From positions 128,001-192,000 of the forward strand of contig CAVZIW010000001.1 in assembly GCA_963775465.1 (NCBI GenBank): 64,000 bases of DNA. Direction: 5' to 3'. How positions within the stretch are numbered: the stretch's first letter is position 1; each line of letters starts with the position of its first letter. A program made the position numbers and the translations under genes. Below, in pieces: positions 62,432 through 64,000 of the stretch. The notes below the pieces were generated by a model that was given only the letters and a program-made list of their open reading frames with translations, was not told the origin of the DNA and did no database searches. The stretch comes from Candidatus Bathyarchaeota archaeon (GTDB lineage Archaea > Thermoproteota > Bathyarchaeia > Bathyarchaeales > Bathycorpusculaceae).

Positions 62432-62770
62432 TCAATTTTGTCTTGCTAACGTCCCCATAGGATCCCAAGGTGGAAGAACAACAGGTTCAGTACAAAGAAC
62501 TCTCAAGAGCTTTGAAGAGAGGTATTCTTTTCTAACAGTTACTTCGAACACGTATTCGTCGAACCACTCGTCCATCATATACATGTAACCCTTATCCCCA
62601 ATCTTTGCTCCCCAACTGTTTTCAACCCGCCATTTTCTCGGGTTTCCTTTCTCATCAAGATCCACACCCGTCAGCACCATGGCATGTGTCATTTTGCTAT
62701 TTCTGTAATCCAATCTTCCCGCCTTATCTAACTTAAAATCTGTTCCATAAACGATGCCATAATCATATTG
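62432..62770 (-). pseudogene. pepC: C-terminal fragment of aminopeptidase C / bleomycin hydrolase (C1B)
   Basis: QYDYGIVYGTDF.LDKA.RLDY..S.MTHAM.LTGVD...KWRVENSWG...WDPMG; the N-terminal catalytic Cys region is absent and the frame starts at the tRNA 3' end. Confidence 0.85.
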
Positions 62771-62774
62771 GGAG

Positions 62775-62848
62775 TGGGCCGTACCGGATTTGAACCGGTG
62801 ATCTTCGCCGCGTGAGGGCGACGTCCTAGCCAGCTAGACTAACGGCCC
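62775..62848 (-). tRNA. tRNA-Val(CAC)
   Basis: acceptor GGGCCGT/ACGGCCC, anticodon arm TCGCC-CTCACGC-GGCGA, TTCAAAT loop. Confidence 0.95.
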
Positions 62849-62933
62849 GTCATATGGATTGTGAATACATAGTTTGCTTTCATAAAACCTTTCCTTATCC
62901 TCTGCTTAGATTATAGCTTTAAGGTGAAACTAT

Positions 62934-63053
62934 ATGAGTCAATTCGACAACTTTGCAGAAAAGCATGAAGGATTTCTAATCTTCCTCTGTTTCCTTGGTA
63001 GCGCATTAGCGGGTTATGTTCTGATGAACCACTTTGCACTCTTTGGGATCTAA
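62934..63053 (+). CDS. 39-aa single-TM microprotein (not in the ORF track)
   Basis: AAGGTGA SD; MSQFDNFAEKHEGFLIFLCFLGSALAGYVLMNHFALFGI. Confidence 0.55.
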   Translation: MSQFDNFAEKHEGFLIFLCFLGSALAGYVLMNHFALFGI

Positions 63054-63296
63054 ACGAAACTTTTTTTTGATTTAGCTTTTAAATACTCAAGTTCAATTTT
63101 TCTCATCCTTTCTTGCTTTGACCTAAATTTATTGTAAGGATTTTAGTATTGATCGAATAAAACTTCTATTGCCTATGGCTGGCGAATGTACGGAAGAGAA
63201 AAAACCTAAGTGGGGATATCGAGCAAATAAGATTGGATACGATTAAGAATTTTCTTAAACAAAAAAAGAAAGGTTGTTGGCATTTGTATGGTTTTT

Positions 63297-64000
63297 CTAT
63301 GGTCGTTTTCTTAGGATTAGTATTGTTGCTGCAAAGCCAATGGCGATTGCTGCGATTATTGCGGCTACTGCTGGTGCAAAGTATATGTCAGAAGTCGATT
63401 GTATTGGAGTATCTGTTGGTGCTGGTGTGGGTGCTGCTGAATCTACTGCAAAGGCTGTTTGTGCATATGATGCATAGAATGCTTTTGAACCGGCAAACGT
63501 TGCAATGACTGTGTATGAACCTTCTATGTCAGGTTTCCATGTGAATGCGAACATGCCTGAAGAGTCGCTTGTTGTTGTTCCTATGTTTCTGTAGTTGCCA
63601 TTAGCGTCAACGACATCTATGGTTACGGGTACTCCGGTAGCATCCATTGGGCGTTCGAATTGTTTGTAGATGTAGAGCATCCACTCACTTTGGCTTGCGT
63701 CAGATATTGCGGGTACGCCATTTGGGAAACGAAGGCGCAATTCTTCATTGGTTGTTCCTGGAGAGACGTCCATTATGGTGCCTTCAATTACAATGCTGCT
63801 TCCAAGAGCTGTGACTTTTGGGGATGCGGTGATCGTTGTGGAACTTGGGCCTTTGCCTATGCCGTAGACTCGCTGGTCGTAGGTGTCCTGCGTTGCTATA
63901 ACGCTATCGCCGATTACTGCGTGTCCACCCCAGTGGGTTTGACGGAAGGCTCCATCGATTCGCCATATTTCTTCGCCGGTTGTTGCGTTAAGACAGATGA
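63297..64000 (-). CDS. PQQ-like beta-propeller surface protein, C-terminal part (runs off the window end)
   Basis: open frame to the edge with LNATTGEEIW, YD.RVY.IGKGPS, GVPAISD, Ig-like domain, PT linker and a TM anchor ending LRKRP. Confidence 0.8.
   Translation of the reverse strand, partial: ICLNATTGEEIWRIDGAFRQTHWGGHAVIGDSVIATQDTYDQRVYGIGKGPSSTTITASPKVTALGSSIVIEGTIMDVSPGTTNEELRLRFPNGVPAISDASQSEWMLYIYKQFERPMDATGVPVTIDVVDANGNYRNIGTTTSDSSGMFAFTWKPDIEGSYTVIATFAGSKAFYASYAQTAFAVDSAAPTPAPTDTPIQSTSDIYFAPAVAAIIAAIAIGFAATILILRKRP

Overview
Archaeal chromosomal DNA. The gene content (tiaS, archaeal alaS, rpl38e, tsr3, Hjc-like resolvase, NosD/LamG and PQQ-propeller surface proteins) suggests a TACK archaeon, most likely Bathyarchaeia; this is an inference. 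The first ~49.5 kb is mostly backbone: pyrG, tiaS, alaS, glgP, mtnP, apt, nnr, pncA, tRNA-Val(GAC), tRNA-Ser(TGA). From ~50 to 62.8 kb lies a decaying sugar-catabolism/proton-export block (GH15, sugar porter, eno, gpm, pyk remnant, P3A H+-ATPase) that ends in a truncated pepC abutting tRNA-Val(CAC). Five signals are not explained by the ORF track. (1) Five copies of a ~28-bp motif in mixed orientation at 41.2-47.4 kb, around two PD-(D/E)XK nucleases. (2) A box C/D sRNA predicted to guide 23S Gm2251, with a perfect complement of its guide in its own promoter. (3) A three-promoter local regulon around a wHTH regulator, with a 22-bp G-U-rich leader hairpin, a truncated ABC permease and HtrA. (4) A DUF2400-like/T7-endonuclease-I-like fusion overlapping an HEXXH peptidase. 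(5) Standalone DCD-domain and eL22-like genes. Several single-base frameshifts may be sequencing errors. No CRISPR array, rRNA or integrase was seen. All assignments come from reading motifs by eye; no database search was run.
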